Below, piece by piece: positions 49,401 to 63,921 of a DNA stretch of 64,000 nt. This stretch comes from Batkoa obscura (taxonomy: Eukaryota), in assembly GCA_030770535.1 (NCBI GenBank), contig JASVEC010000018.1:1-64000 (forward strand), in the 5' to 3' direction. Each line of letters opens with the position of its first letter. The first letter of the stretch is position 1. The position numbers and the translations under genes were made by a program. The notes under the pieces were generated by a model. It searched no databases. It saw only the letters and a list, made by a program, of their open reading frames with translations, and had not been told where the DNA came from.

Positions 49401-50541
49401 TGTAAATTATGATTATCAATATGAACTTCTTTATCAATAAATGAAAGTGAATTTTGCAAAGTAGTTTCGATAACAGTCCCAAAACTTATTCTTTTAGAAA
49501 TACTTCCATTTTTTGATTTGGTTTGGCCTAAATTTTTTGGCTTTTGACAATATGACATTTTGATCTCGCTCCATTTTGGATCTGATGGTATATTAATTTG
49601 ATACAAAAATTCACCGCTTATATAGAGTTTACAACCTAAGTATTGTTGCATTTCTTTCCCTATACTTAATATAAATAAAAATATAGTGGTTAAATAAAGT
49701 CAAAATAATAAATTTCAACCTTATAAAATGATCAAAACCTATAATTACCTTTAAAGTGTCTTCGAGACAAATCCTTATAAAAATCAACTACTTTCTCAAG
49801 ATCCGAAAATGCCGTTGGATTTATACTTGAAGCATTAGAGTATATGTATGCTTGAATAAATTCCTTTTCATGCCTTTCTGTTGATTTTGTTGCATTATCA
49901 TCAAGTGTTATATAAATCAATCCTTCAAAGTTTTTTTTACTCTGAACCCCATTTGATAGCACTAAAGGAATGTTATATAATTTTAATTTTTTAAGCACTT
50001 GTTTTGTGGTATCTAGCAATTGACTTATTGCTTCTGGATCTATGTTATGACTGACTTTTTTCTCTTTTACTTCTTTTTTTGTCAAATCTTCAACTAAAAT
50101 TACATTCTTCTTTTCTTGATTTTGATTCTCAGAACTTAATTCAAGGATAACAGGAAAACCCATCCAACGATGGTAATTATTCGCTTCATAGTTATACGAA
50201 ATATCAAATTTAGTCTCATCATTTGGATCTGGATGGTACAAAAATGGTTGACATAAAAAAAGATTGGAACTCAAATTTAAAATATCCTCAAGGTTAAATT
50301 CCGATTTATCAAAGCTTTTATTTTTTAATGAGGGATATATATGACATTTCAGTTGAAATGTGTTATCTTTTATTTTACAAAAGTCAACCAGCTCGCTTCT
50401 ATTGGAGTCATTGGTATTTTCTGCATTGTTTAAAAACCATTTCCTCAAATTATTTTCAAAAAAATCAATATAATCCAACTTGTTGGCATTTGTCATATAT
50501 TCGACCAACTCAAAACAATCTTCCACGTCACTATCGCTCAT
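46479..50541 (-). CDS. RAB3GAP1: Rab3 GTPase-activating protein catalytic subunit, multi-exon
   Basis: DLRFNILHQKISMLNYCI, IYIPITQ, MEAFKAANP...DFVRWHSPRDW, LSARM...LWQELW. Confidence 0.92.
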
Positions 50542-51294
50542 ATTTTTAAACAAAGAAGATTGTTATATTTTAAGGTACTTTACTTATATTTATTTTATTT
50601 TATTGGCTAGGGTTGATTCATTTAGCTATGATTTAATAGAAAGTTTAAGCTGTTTAATTTTTTATCGTTTGAAAAGTAGTCACATTTCTCAATTAATAAA
50701 TTAAATATCTTAATAAAAATAAAACCTAATTTAAATAATTTTTTTAAATAATAATAAAAATACATAAAATATTTATACATATGGTAACAACTTCAATTTT
50801 TTATTATTTTCCTTGTTATACATTTTTAATCTATGACCTATAAATTCAAAGGATTCGGTTATATAAGTTTTATATTTTAGTTTTTAGATTAATGCATTAA
50901 CAATAAATGATAAAATTAATAGATTTAAAAAATTACCTAAATATTAAAATTAAAATGAACTGAACATTTAACATACTAACATGCAACAAGGTTTAACAAC
51001 ATCATAATATCGTTAATTTTTTTTAAATTTTATTAACAACAGGTTTAATTTATATTTTATTTAATGTTTAAAAGCTTTAATCTATTTATAAAGTTTTTGC
51101 TTATAAATTTGTAATAGTTTTGAAGTTAGGTATCATAATAATATTATACTAAGATAAATGATTAGTAACAAATTAAACCTTATAGTAAAACTATAGTAAA
51201 ACTCGACTTAATACATAGTTGGGGTTATACACAATTATGTAGTTGCGCTATAAAAAACAAGAATATATAGGGGTTTCAAATAAAGTAATTATTT

Positions 51295-51391
51295 GAGGGT
51301 GTTTCTTTGTGTTTAAGAATTTTACTAACAATCTTTCTATTCAAATAGCGCTTAAAAAATGGAAAAATAATGAAGTAAAAAAAATATCCCT
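51295..51391 (+). mobile_element. ~97-bp MITE copy, ATTT TSD
   Basis: GAGGGTGT...ATATCCCT flanked by ATTT/ATTT. Confidence 0.85.
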
Positions 51392-51560
51392 ATTTTGAAA
51401 AACTGTTTTTTGAAAATACATTACATTTATAGTTTTGTGTTTGCTGTTAAATTATTATACAAAGCTAGGTTTAATTCAACTTTAATTGGTTAAAAATGAC
51501 AAAGTTTTTATATTTTAAATTTTTTATATTTTCTAGTCAAATTCCAATAGTTAAGCATAT

Positions 51561-51620
51561 GAGGATGTATTTTTTTGTTCAAGATTGTTAGTAAAATTTT
51601 TGGACAAAAAAATGCAACCA
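51561..51620. mobile_element. 60-bp MITE derivative made of two inverted left ends
   Basis: GAGGATGTATTTTTTTGTTCAAGA followed by TTGTTAGTAAAATTTTTGGACAAAAAAATGCAACC (reverse complement of the left end). Confidence 0.55.
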
Positions 51621-51639
51621 AATAGAATAAACTCTTGTG

Positions 51640-53160
51640 TGTGTTAAATAGCCTCACCCTTCACCTTTGTTTCATATAATGAACCTTTTGAAAATACTTA
51701 TTTCTCATAACTTTATTTTATCTGGAATATATCTAATACCTTTCTTTTTTTTTCTGGTGTAATATTACTACATAATTGTGGATGAATTCAAATCCGCATT
51801 ACGTTTATTCCACTGATTTATATAATTCAAGGATAGGAGCTCAAAATAAAAAACAATAGTAAAAGTTGATAATTTCATAAATGACAACTTTGCTTAAGGT
51901 TATTATTATAACAAATGTTTGATACAATTTACAGTAAAGATAAAATTTGACTTGCTATAAGTATGAGGTATGTGTACCATAAGAATGATCAATGTAAATC
52001 TAAAATAAAATATAAAGAGTATAGTCTCATTTAAATATAATTCATCGTTTAAGGCAAGTGAATATTGGTACGCTTCTGCTTTTGCCTAGATTGATAAGGT
52101 TTTTCAACAATTGGCTTTGAACCCTTTAAGTTGTTTACAATAAACAGTGCTAAAACTATAGCATAACTTACCTCTGTATCCTTTTTTAATAAAGGTTTCC
52201 CCATAGTTTTTAAGTCCTCTATAGCAATACAAGCAAAAGATATTGATCTAAACTAAACTCACTCTTCTCCATCTGGGATATAAGATCTGTTTCATCAAGT
52301 GCCCCAAGTTTACCCCCACATGACCATAAATTATAAAATAATGAAAATCCTATAATTTTACACTACTATCTCTATATTATCAGCAACATCACATGACATA
52401 GTGTAAATTTTATAATGTAAGCTTTTCATTCCGCGCTTTTCTTTAAAAACATACTTTTTTACTTCTATAAAATTTTCTGCAAAAGGAACTAAACCCATTA
52501 TGGATTCAACAAGCCTTTTTGTTTTAAGTCCAGTTAAAGAATCACTCTCTCATTTGAGTTATCCCTATACTGAAGACAAACAATTTTAAATAAATCACCA
52601 GGTTCTTTTACAACATAATCGGGCCTATATGATTAGTTTGATTTTTTTTAGATTGAAAATTACTTTAATTCGAAGTATCATTTTCAAGATTGTAGGTAAC
52701 TTTGTCAACTATTTTTAAATGATCATACAACCTAAACTCTTCCCATCCTTTGATGTTAATTTACTTCGCTATTTGTTTTATTGTTCTAGGCTCATGAGCT
52801 TTCTAGAATATGTTTGATATTAAATATTAATGACTATTTTCCTCACTGTTTTTAATAGTTCTAAATCTCCATATGTGTAGCTGATCGAATTTTTTAGTAT
52901 TATGTCTTTTAATCCACCTAAATCATAAATATTAGAATGAAAATCAATATTAGTTTCATTTACATCATTCACGCGCTTTCTAGTTTCTGCTTTTTGTTTT
53001 TTCATCTTCAGTCAAACTTTGTATTCTTACACCTTTCTATTTATTAAGCCTGTCTTTTTTATCCATAGGCTTCACTTTAGGTTTACTGAAAACTTCACGG
53101 GCTGTTAAAGCTTCAAAGAATTTGTTGGCTTCATTTGATAATTTATCTTATCTTCGTATG
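51640..53160 (-). pseudogene. Decayed coding-like region, possible transposon relic
   Basis: Higher GC than the intergenic background, broken minus-strand frames and a possible CCHC remnant (WSCG.KLG/HLMKQ) near 52280-52330. No intact diagnostic motif. Confidence 0.3.
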
Positions 53161-53352
53161 GCTTAAAATTTTGAAAAGTACAAAACTTTAGCAACCTGCA
53201 ATTTCCTATTTTTGCCCAGTCTTTTTACCTAAATTGCAAAACTTTAGATTAAAAGTTCTTGACCTTAATTTTACCACTAAATTTGCATAAGGCAGGAACT
53301 ATTTTAACAGAAAAACTTGATTAATTATTTTATTAATATTACCCTACTCAAA

Positions 53353-54318
53353 ATGACCGGGCCATTTGCTGAAAAACATTTAAGAAATCAAGGATGGAGC
53401 AAGTAAGTACTTGGATTAATGGAAATATATAAATCAAAAGATATTAATATAAACACCTACTAGAGGAGAAGGTTTGGGAAAAGATAGAAAAGGTATAAAA
53501 AAAGCTATTACTGTAGCTAAAAAATCTGATACTAGAGGGGTAATTTAATGATAATAATAATATCAAGATAAAATTTTATTATTGCTATTAGGTAGGTGCT
53601 AAAAATGATTATGAGTTTGCATGGTGGGATCATGTTTATAATAAAGTATCTTCAACTGTTCAAGTCGATAATGAAAATGGGGTAAGTCTTTAGTTAATAT
53701 TAAACAAACGAATTTTTTATTAATAGAAAATGGTCAATAGGAAATTCAAGTAAAAAGTACTGATATCGAATCAATTGAAAAGAATACAATGGGTATTATC
53801 AGTATTGAACGACCATCTGGAAAAAAGCAAAAAAAACAGGAAAAAGAGGAACAAGTTATTTCAGGTCCAATTCGAATTTTAAACCAACATCAAATTATTT
53901 TAAAGAATACATTATATGGTTATTTTAATAAGTCTTCCGCTGCTGACTTTCAAGTAGAGTAAATTTAGCTTTGTTCTGGTGAAAAATTGATAAAAATGTT
54001 AATATTTTACATTAATATAGAGATTTTACTACTAAAATCAGTGATGAAGCTTTGTTTGAAGCTTGTGGAAGATTGAGTGCACGTAAAGGTGCTCGCGCTG
54101 AACAAGTGGGTAAACTAGTTAGAACAGGAGCCGATATTGCGAAAGTAGTTGAAGTTAATGAAACTATTATGAGTGGGAAAGTTAAGAAGGAAAAAAGGGA
54201 AGGGGAGGATATTAAAAAAGAGAAAAAAGAAAAGAAGGTAAAGAAAGAAAAGAAAGAAAAAAAAAGTAAAAAGGAAAAAGAGGAGAAAAAAGAAAAGAAA
54301 AGTAAAAAGAAGGAGTAG
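53353..54318 (+). CDS. G-patch protein GPATCH4/Tma23-like, multi-exon
   Basis: LRNQGWS/GEGLGKDRKGIKKAI...G/VG...WWDHVYN, LFEACG...ARKGAR, KKE-rich tail. Confidence 0.82.
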
Positions 54319-54993
54319 AACGGGTGCAAAGGAGTATAGAAAGTTGACGGTTTGATATATATATTAATGGTGTTATAGAATAAACTAACTTTATAATTTT
54401 TATTCTTACCTTTATTTTAAATTTCTATATTTTAGATTGTAATGTGTTTTTATAATAAATAATGAGAATATCAATAGCTATTAAGTTAAGTAATATGATA
54501 CTTTATTCAAATTTATATAAGATGGTATATATATAATATAGAAATTGGCAAACAAATAGTCAACACAATCATTTATATTTATAATTGAATATCTAATAAA
54601 TAAAATAAATCATTAGCTAACAGTGTTATAAAAAATATTAGATTATTTAAACTATTTTAATATTATCATTCATAACCCAAGGTCCTAGGCATTGAATAAA
54701 TTATAACATGATAGTTCCATTTATAGCTATTATGTAGCTTATTCTAAAACTAAATAAGCAAGAGATTTTAATAGATATTTCCCTACCTAACTAAGAATAT
54801 GAACTCAATAAGGACATAACTTTAGTGTATAAACTTAATAAATGTGTTACTTTAATAAAAAAGTCAATTGGAATATAATTAAAAGTAACATAATTAAAAG
54901 TAACATAATTAAAAGTATATGAATAAATTGTAAATAAAAATTTAATAATTTCTCTATAATATTTCTTTCTTTTTCTAACACCAAAAATAGAAC

Positions 54994-55730
54994 CTATTCT
55001 TTTCCTTCTCCAACAATGCTATGATATTTCTCAATCAACCTTTTAATTTGTTTAGGTGTAAGTTGATTCATATTAATTTTATGATCCCTTGACATAGCCT
55101 ATTGTATTTAAAACAAGCATTAATTAAAACGATAAACAATAATTTATAAACTTTCTTACCTTAAAATCATCGCCATATTTATTTATCAATTGAACGCACA
55201 TTTTTCTATCTAGTTCACCAATAAATTTAGCTGCAGTTACCTCTTGAGAAGCTAAACTCTCCAATTCTACAATAATAAAATTTAACTTTCAAATATTCCT
55301 TTACAAATCGAAATCAATTCTTACCTTTCATAAACTCTGTTTTAGCTGGAGCTTTAGGTAATGGTTTATCAATATAATCCTCCTTATCAGCGATAGTAAT
55401 ATTAACAATATTACCCTCTTCATCCCTTTCAATAACACCAAACTCAGGTCCAATATATCTTGATAAAGTAGCATTATCCATGGATTCACAATTAGATAAA
55501 TCAAATGGCTTCGTGCTATCTTCAGTTATTTGAGAACTTATACCTCCTTTTGGTTTATTAAGCCGTTGCATAAGTCCGAGATTCGAATAGTTTTCTTGAA
55601 TCGACTTGGATTTATCCCAATGTTGTTGGACTAAAGCAATTCCGGGGACAGCTGTTTTTCGATTCGTTTTTTTTGCTTTACGCTTCTGCACTGGGTTTTT
55701 AAGCTTACGACGTTGGCGTGGGTTGACCAT
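54994..55730 (-). CDS. NOP16: Nucleolar protein Nop16, 3 exons
   Basis: MVNPRQRRK, WDKSKSIQENYSNLGL, LINKYGDDFK/AMSRDHKINMNQLT. Confidence 0.92.
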
Positions 55731-55930
55731 ACTTTAGTTTTTATTCAATGTTGTTTAGTTAAAGAATAGTTTAATGCAATTTTAGAGCTCAATATTTTAA
55801 CTTTTCGAAAAAAAATTGAGATTAAAATGAACCAATTAAATCAAGTTGATAGATTGTTAAAAAATAATTAATCCTACATTTTCAATTTTATTTTATTTTA
55901 CTTTTAATAGAAATAGAAATAGAATATATC

Positions 55931-58079
55931 ATGTCGGAGCCATTTAAGATTAGCGGAGATCGATTAGTCAAAAGTTTAAAGGGAAGTTCTTTATCCAACA
56001 CTCAAAAAATAGAAATAGCTGAAAAAGTATTACAAGACCCTACCAGTACTACGTTACAAAATTTAGATACATTTTTATTAGAATGGAATATTCAATTGAT
56101 ATCTAAATCTACTATTTATCATACAACTTATTTAAATGATACTCCTTATTTAAGTATTAGATATTGGTCATTTTTTACTAAATTATTAATGAAATTGAAT
56201 GAAGAGAATAAAGAATTAAATAGTTTTGATAAGGATATTAAGGTAAAAAATTTATTTTCTAAATTACCCATTGTTACAGTTATTACAAGTACAATAAAAT
56301 ATATTATCAAAGAATTAAATCAAGAGTACAGAAAAGAAGAGATAGAAATTTATCAACAATTATTAGTACTATCAACAAAAGCGTTTTCAGTTTGTTTCAA
56401 TTATTTAGAAGCCATGAATTCGGATGGGTTAATTAAATTATATTTGGAATGTTTTTTATTATTTGATAAGGTTATTGAAGTTGAAGAAGAAGAGTTCAAT
56501 TTAAAAGAAAAATTACAGTTTTTAGCTTCAATTATTGAATTGTTAATTATGCTTTCAGGCTATCTTATTAAATTAATTAATTGGAGTCCGACTTATAAAA
56601 AATTATTTCAAACAGTTGTGGATCAATTATTAATAACAATATTAAAATGCCAATTTCAATTAAATAAGATTATTGAAAACAACCTAAATGAAAATGAAAA
56701 TATTATTTTACTACAAGGAAAAATTAAAGAATTTTTAAGTATTAGTTTATTTCATCCCAGTTATTTAATAGATTATGGTACTATTTATTCGTCTGAATTA
56801 ACTCAAAGTTATCGCCAATTATTATTTGAAAAGATTAAAAAATCAATAGAAGAAAATAACAATAATACTAACCCAACCTTATTATTGATGTTACCACAAT
56901 TAATTGATTTATTTATTAAAAAAAATCCCAACCGACCAGCTGTTATATTAGAATTTAGTTTTATATTACAGTTATTAAAAGTAATAATCAATATTAAAAT
57001 AGAAAGTAATAACAATTATAAAACTTACCAGATCATTAGCTTATCAAAGATAATAGAAAAAATAGCATATTATGAACTATATCAACCAACAAATGATATT
57101 ATTAAACAACAACAAATGGATATATTACAACAAGTAAAACAAATCATATTTAGCTATGATATCAATGATGATGTTAATTTACCTAGTTTAATTAAGGCTT
57201 ATACTTCCTTTGTTAAAATTGATTATTTATTAGTACAACAGGAAATACCAAAATTATGGGAATTAGTTTTATATCCGACAGAAAACATTCAACAAGAAGC
57301 CAGTGAATTAGCATTAGCATTAATTAAAGAATATCATGATGCACGATTATGGGAGGTATCTTTTAATACTATTATCAATACTAGTTTAAAGTATAACATT
57401 AAAAATGAGAAGCAAGGATTACAAAGTTTGTTTTATTATGGACCATTTATTAGACAATATAAATTATTATTAAAAGAAATGAACTCAATTATGTTAAATG
57501 GAGTTATTATTCAATTATTTTTTAAAGCCATTGTAGATGAGAAGAATATATTAAAAGAAAATCAAGATGAAATTGAGATTAATTTAATAGAAGAACATAA
57601 AAATAAAAAAAGTAAAACAGAAAAAGAAAGTAACAATAATAGGAATAAAGTAAGCGTGATTTTATTATTAATTCATACATTACTTGGTATACCTAAACAT
57701 TGTATGGACCATCAATTATTACAACAAATATTTGATAAATTATTGAATTATTTTCAAAACGAATATTTTAGAAATTTGAATAAAATTGAAGATAATCCAA
57801 TATTACAAATTAATAATAAAATTCAGCAAACTAAATTCAATAATAGTCAACAACAAATAAGTAATCAATTAAATTCAATAGAATATCAATTAAATAGCAA
57901 TTGTTTGTTATTAATTAATACTATTATTGATTATTTACCAAAATATAATTTAAATCAACCAATTATTAATGAATTATTAATTGGTATTAGTAATCAATAC
58001 AATTATTATTTAATGAATGGCAATTATTTAAATTGTTTAGTTCGATTTTTATTTCAATTATTAGATTTTAATTATTATT

Positions 58080-58123
<44 letters not shown>

Positions 58124-58826
58124 TCGAATATTTTAGATTGTACTATTAATTTAATTCAATATAATAATAATAATAGTAATAATAATATATTATTGAAGAC
58201 ATTAATTGGTCCCTGGTTTCCATTAGTTATTAGTTTAGCAAATAAACAACAATTAAATGATATTACTAATTTAATAGTCAATAATAACAATAATACATAT
58301 AATTCAATCCTATATGAATTGTTAAATAGTAGTCGATTTTATGAGATCACTAAATTTAAAAATCAATTCGTATTCAATTTGTTAAGTAAAACACATAAAT
58401 TATTATTTAATCATAATAATTATTTACAAACTGAAGGAAAAGAAGAAATTGATTATCAACAGATTATTTCTGAAATTCAAAAAATATCAATAACTAATAA
58501 TAAAAATATTCAATGTAATGAAAACGTATTAAAGGAAATTAATCATAATTTGATGTTACTCAATTATTTTCCAGAAGAATATATTGATAGTAATTTAAGA
58601 GATCAATTATTTGTTATTATTTATTCAATACAAAAATTAATCAAACAATTATTTAATAATAATAATAATAATAATTCAACATTAAATCAACAAATTTATA
58701 ATAGTTGGGAATTAAGTTTAACAATATTAATAAATTTAGTTATAAACAATAATATGGGTATTCATCTTATTCGCTATGATCAATCTTATATTTCTTGGTT
58801 ATTAAACTCATTAAATCAATTTTTAT

Positions 58827-58864
<38 letters not shown>

Positions 58865-59729
58865 CAACAATTAAAATTAAAATTAAATAAAGTATTATCA
58901 ATTGGTATTCGACAATATTTATTAAATTTAGGAAATCAATTAAATAAAAGCCAATCAGATAAACAAGATGAATTCATTTTAGAATTTTTAAATAACACAT
59001 TAACAATAAAAAAAGAAAATAATACTTTTGATAATGAATGTAGACAATCTAGTATCATTGCTATGGAATTAGCATTAAATTCTTTAAATAACTTACAAAG
59101 GTAAAATTAATACATAATATATATTATATGATTATTTATTTATTTATAGATTAAAATCAATATCATTAATTAATATAATATTCAATCAAATAATCAAAAA
59201 AGTATGGGTTAAGATAGAACATATATTTAATACAATTACAAATAATAACAATGATTATAATAATGATAATAGTAATTCAAATAATTTATTAAATAAATTT
59301 TTAGAATTATTTGATTTAATAATATTATATAATTTAAGTAATAGTTTAAGCAATAATAATTTACAAAATAAACAATATGAATTTATATTATTACAATCAA
59401 TACAATATTATCATCAATTACAATCAAATTTTATAAAGAATAATCCTAATAATTTAATAATAATTCAAAGATTATTTCAGTTACATTTAATTTTAATTCA
59501 ATCATATCCGATTCATTTTCTAGAAAACTCCATTTTACTGCCAATATTAAGTTCTATTTTATTAAGTTTTGAATATTCATTAAGTCAAAATTCAACTTCA
59601 TTACAAATTAAAAATCAAGAGGACAATTTAAATTGTATTATTCAATTAATTATTCAATTTACTAATAGATTATCATCTACTCAATGGGACTCTTGTTTAA
59701 ATTTAGGAATGAATAGATTAATTCAAAAT

Positions 59730-59762
<33 letters not shown>

Positions 59763-60584
59763 ATTTATAGTAGTTTATATTTTTATTATTTTTGTTTTAA
59801 ATTTGGATTAGAAGGTAAGTAATTAATATATTTTAATAATCTATTTATTAAAATATTTATTAATTCTTGTTGTTTTTTAATTTTAACAGGTACCAAGAAA
59901 TTAATCTCACGTAATTTAAATAAAGTATTAGATTATTTATCTCAAGTATTATTATTAGTAAATAATAATAATAATAATAATGAGATAATTAAATTAATAA
60001 TTCAAATTATTGAAGTAATTATATTTAATAAGGTAATGATTAATATAATAATAATAATAATGTTTTCATTTATCAATAATTAATAGGAATATATTTTACA
60101 TTCTAATGAAATTGAAATTATATTAACAATATTAGAAAGTATACCATTACATCCAACATATGATGAAATTCATTGTAATATAGTATCTCAATTAATGAAA
60201 TCTCATTATGAAGAACTAACTAGTTTTGAACCTACACTAATCCAACTATTATTAAAATTATCAACTATAGAATGTTCAACTCACTTTTATAGGTTATTAC
60301 AAAGTTTATCAGCAATGAAAAAAAATAAGAATTTTAATCAACATTTAAATTATTTATTAATTAAATTAGTTAAAGGCTTTGTTTATAATGAAAATAACAA
60401 TAATAATAATAACGAAGAAAATAAAAGTAAGAAAACATTTGAAGCTTGGTTTAATATATTTGATGTTATGTATCCATTATCTCCTGAACCTATTTTAACT
60501 TGGTTAGATCCATCGCAACAATATGTATTAAAATTAGCTTATAAAGCTTATTTAAAAGAATATAAATTTGATGGTAAAGTTTAA
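55931..60584 (+). CDS. URB2: Urb2/Npa2-like large helical nucleolar protein, multi-exon
   Basis: Long helical-repeat-like protein of roughly 1450 aa, N-terminal FLLEW...YWSFF, C-terminal LD....VLK..Y..YLKEYKFDGKV typical of Urb2, divergent from NOP16. Confidence 0.75.
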
Positions 60585-60804
60585 TATTAATAAAAAAAAA
60601 TAAAAAAAAATAAAAAAACATAGAATTATTATTTTTAAAATAAAATAAAATAAAATAAAATAGAAAAATAGATGTTATTTATTTATTTATTTATTATAAT
60701 TTTAAATTTATTAATAAAACAAAAAAGAGAATTGAGAAGCTATATAAACATAAAGAAATAGAAATACCAGTTATTATTATTGTTGTTAATAATATTAATA
60801 ATGT

Positions 60805-62416
60805 TTAATTTTGATTAAATGCCCAGTTAATGATAATTTGTTTAATTGTTATATTACAAAATTGATCATATTGATTAAAATTTAATAATATATTATCTCC
60901 TAATTTAGTATAACTTGGTATATTTAATAAACAAATAGCAATATTTGATAATAAAGGTAATCGATACTGTACCATCAACCACCAATTAATAGGTTTAATT
61001 ATGGGATTAATTAATGGCATACTTAAATATAACTCTAATTCGGATTGTAAATTATTATTATTATTATTATTATTATTATTTAATAAATAATTATTATTAT
61101 TATTTTGATTTCTTAAACAACATTGAATATAGCTTAATTGTAGCCATTTTAAATACTCACATTTACTTTTTAATGTAGTTGGACCTAATTTATACCTTGG
61201 ATCTAATAATAAACATAAACTAATTTGTAAATTAGGTATAGAGTTAATACTTTGCTCAAGTTTTGTAAATATATTATTAGAATTACTTATTTGTTGATTT
61301 AATAAAGTTTGTAAATTTAATAAAAAATTACGATTACTTATATAAGCTTGAGCTAATGTTACTTGTGAATTGTTATACAGTTGATCACTATTAAATTGAA
61401 TTGTAATTAAGATTTCTAAAATTTCTTGAACTTTATTAATATCTTCCATAGTAATACTAAGTTCCAAATTATTTATTAATTCATTAACAATTTCTATAGA
61501 TTTTAATTTATTTAATATTAATTGACCATTGGAAATTAAATTAAAATTATTAATTATTAATTTATTCAATCTTAATCCTTTTAATACTTTATTAATAATG
61601 GGATGTTTATAAAATATATCTATTAAATTATTATTTAATTGTTTTAATTGACAATAAAAATATAATATATTTGTATTAAATCCCATTATATTTAATTGAT
61701 ACTGAAGTTGTTCTAAAAAATTATGATGAATTGAAGATAAAGATTGTTGTGAATTATTATTATCTTTATTATTATTATTATTATTATTAATACTAATTAA
61801 TAAACTAATAATTCTTAATTCATTGATATCAAATTTTACTAAAATATCTTTAATTTTCATTTGAATCCATTCTGGTTGAATTTGTAATATATCCACTTTA
61901 TAATTAACAATTTCTAATATTATTTTTTTCTTTTTATATTTATTATCTTTAAAATATAAACTTAATATCATAGAACTACCCACAGGTAATAAAGGTAAAA
62001 ATTCTAAACATAATATAATATCTGAAGTTGTATTAAGTATTAATTGTTTCATACTAATTTCAATTTGTTGATATAAATAATCAATAGCTTGAATAATTTG
62101 ATTTGATTCAAATATTGAAATTGGTATTTCTTTTATAATTAAATATTTTAAAAATAATTCTTGCTGCAAAATAAGATTTGATTTTAATTCTTGTATTAAA
62201 AATTTACTAGCCATTATTGCTAATGCCATATCTTGGCTTGAATTTGGAATTAATTGAATTGTATTAATAAATAGTTGTTTATGACTTTCATGTAAATGTC
62301 GATTTAATGTGAATTCCGAAGTTTCTTCACTAAATAACGTTAAACAAAACATACACTGTTTAATCTTTTGATCTTTTGAATATAAATAATAATTACTATT
62401 TTCTTTTTCTATACTT

Positions 62417-62496
<80 letters not shown>

Positions 62497-62781
62497 TCCT
62501 ATGATTGTAGTTTGAAACAATTCTTTATTTCGACTATCTTTTAATATTCTACGTTGACTATTATCTTCATTTAATTGATTTAAATTAATACTATTATCAA
62601 TACAAAACAAAAATTCATTTAAAGCATGATTCTTATTTAAACTTATTGTTAGATTATTTGCTTTTAACCAATCACTCAAAATGAACATGGAATTCCTTTT
62701 AACTTCTTCAGTTTTAAATACACATAATTCTTCTAATGAGTTAATTGATACATCAGTATGAGACATTGCTAGTTTAGGTGA

Positions 62782-62820
<39 letters not shown>

Positions 62821-63921
62821 GGGATTTGAATTTGGATTTGTTTCCACTTCAAGATGAATATTATGTAATTTTTTCAAATGTTTAATTAAAGTAATAAAAT
62901 TACAAGTTCTTGAATAAGAATGAGAACAATATCTACAAGAGTATACTTTTTTATCTTCTAAATTTTTCTTTCTCTCAAAATGTAACCATAAACTTTCATA
63001 AAAATTAGGATTATTACCTTTATTTATAGGTTTTGATATTGTAGTATTCATTGTATTTATATCATTTAAAGCTACTATTCCTAATAACATTTGTTCATGT
63101 TTACTTTTCATATGTAATAATAAAATACTTGACGATGTCTTAATAGAAAATAAACTATTACAAAATAAACATTGAAACTTCTCGATTTCTTTTTTTCCAT
63201 TTTCACTATTAATTCTCTTTTTTTTAAAACATTTATGAAATATTTCTTTTTTTTTACCAAAATTAATATTACCCATTTCTATGTTATTATTACTACTATT
63301 ACTATCATTATTATTATTACCATTATCATTAATGTTACCATTCACATCATTCCTATTCGCTTGCTCCATACTTGGTGAGTTAATCTCCATTGAATCCGCT
63401 TTAAAATTAATTTTATGACTTGCTAAAAGGTGACTTCTTAATGTTGAAGTAGATGTTGTATTAAAATATTCTCTTCCACATAAGATACAAAAACATTTAT
63501 CCAAACCTTGTTCAGTTTTAAATTCTGAATAATATTTCCATACTTTACTTTTTCGTGGGGTAGGTACTAATTTATTATTATTAATCTTATTCAAAGGTCT
63601 TTCTTGTGAAGATATAGTCTCTACAATAGGTTGGATATTCCTTAGTTTTAATGTCATGTCCTCTGTTGTCGGTTGAATATTCCTTAATTGTAATGTCATA
63701 TTCTCGGTCACAGGTTGAATTGACATTGATAATGTAGCTGGTATTGAATAGTTATTATTCAAATTAATGAAATTTTGATGGTGATTATTATTACTATTAT
63801 TATTATTACTATTATTTAAAAAAGTAAAATTATTTTGATGTAATAAACCATGTTGTAATAAAAATTTATTTTGTTCATTGGGATCTAGTTGAGATAAATA
63901 ATTTAAAAATTCATTTTCCAT
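60805..63921 (-). CDS. Domesticated hAT-transposase-derived protein with four BED-type zinc fingers
   Basis: Intact 1038-aa ORF. BED fingers: SKVWKYY..CILC..HLLASH, CLFC..HMKSKH, LWLHF..CRYC..HLKKLH, CMFC..HLHESH. Also LLLDPRYK and the hAT dimerisation motif ELELYL...NWW...LPLLSNIA..LLNIPS. Confidence 0.85.

Noticed and set aside
53353..54318. Possible PINX1 (telomerase inhibitor) near TERT
   Set aside because: The WWDHVYN and LFEACG..ARKGAR motifs fit GPATCH4/Tma23 rather than PinX1/Gno1.
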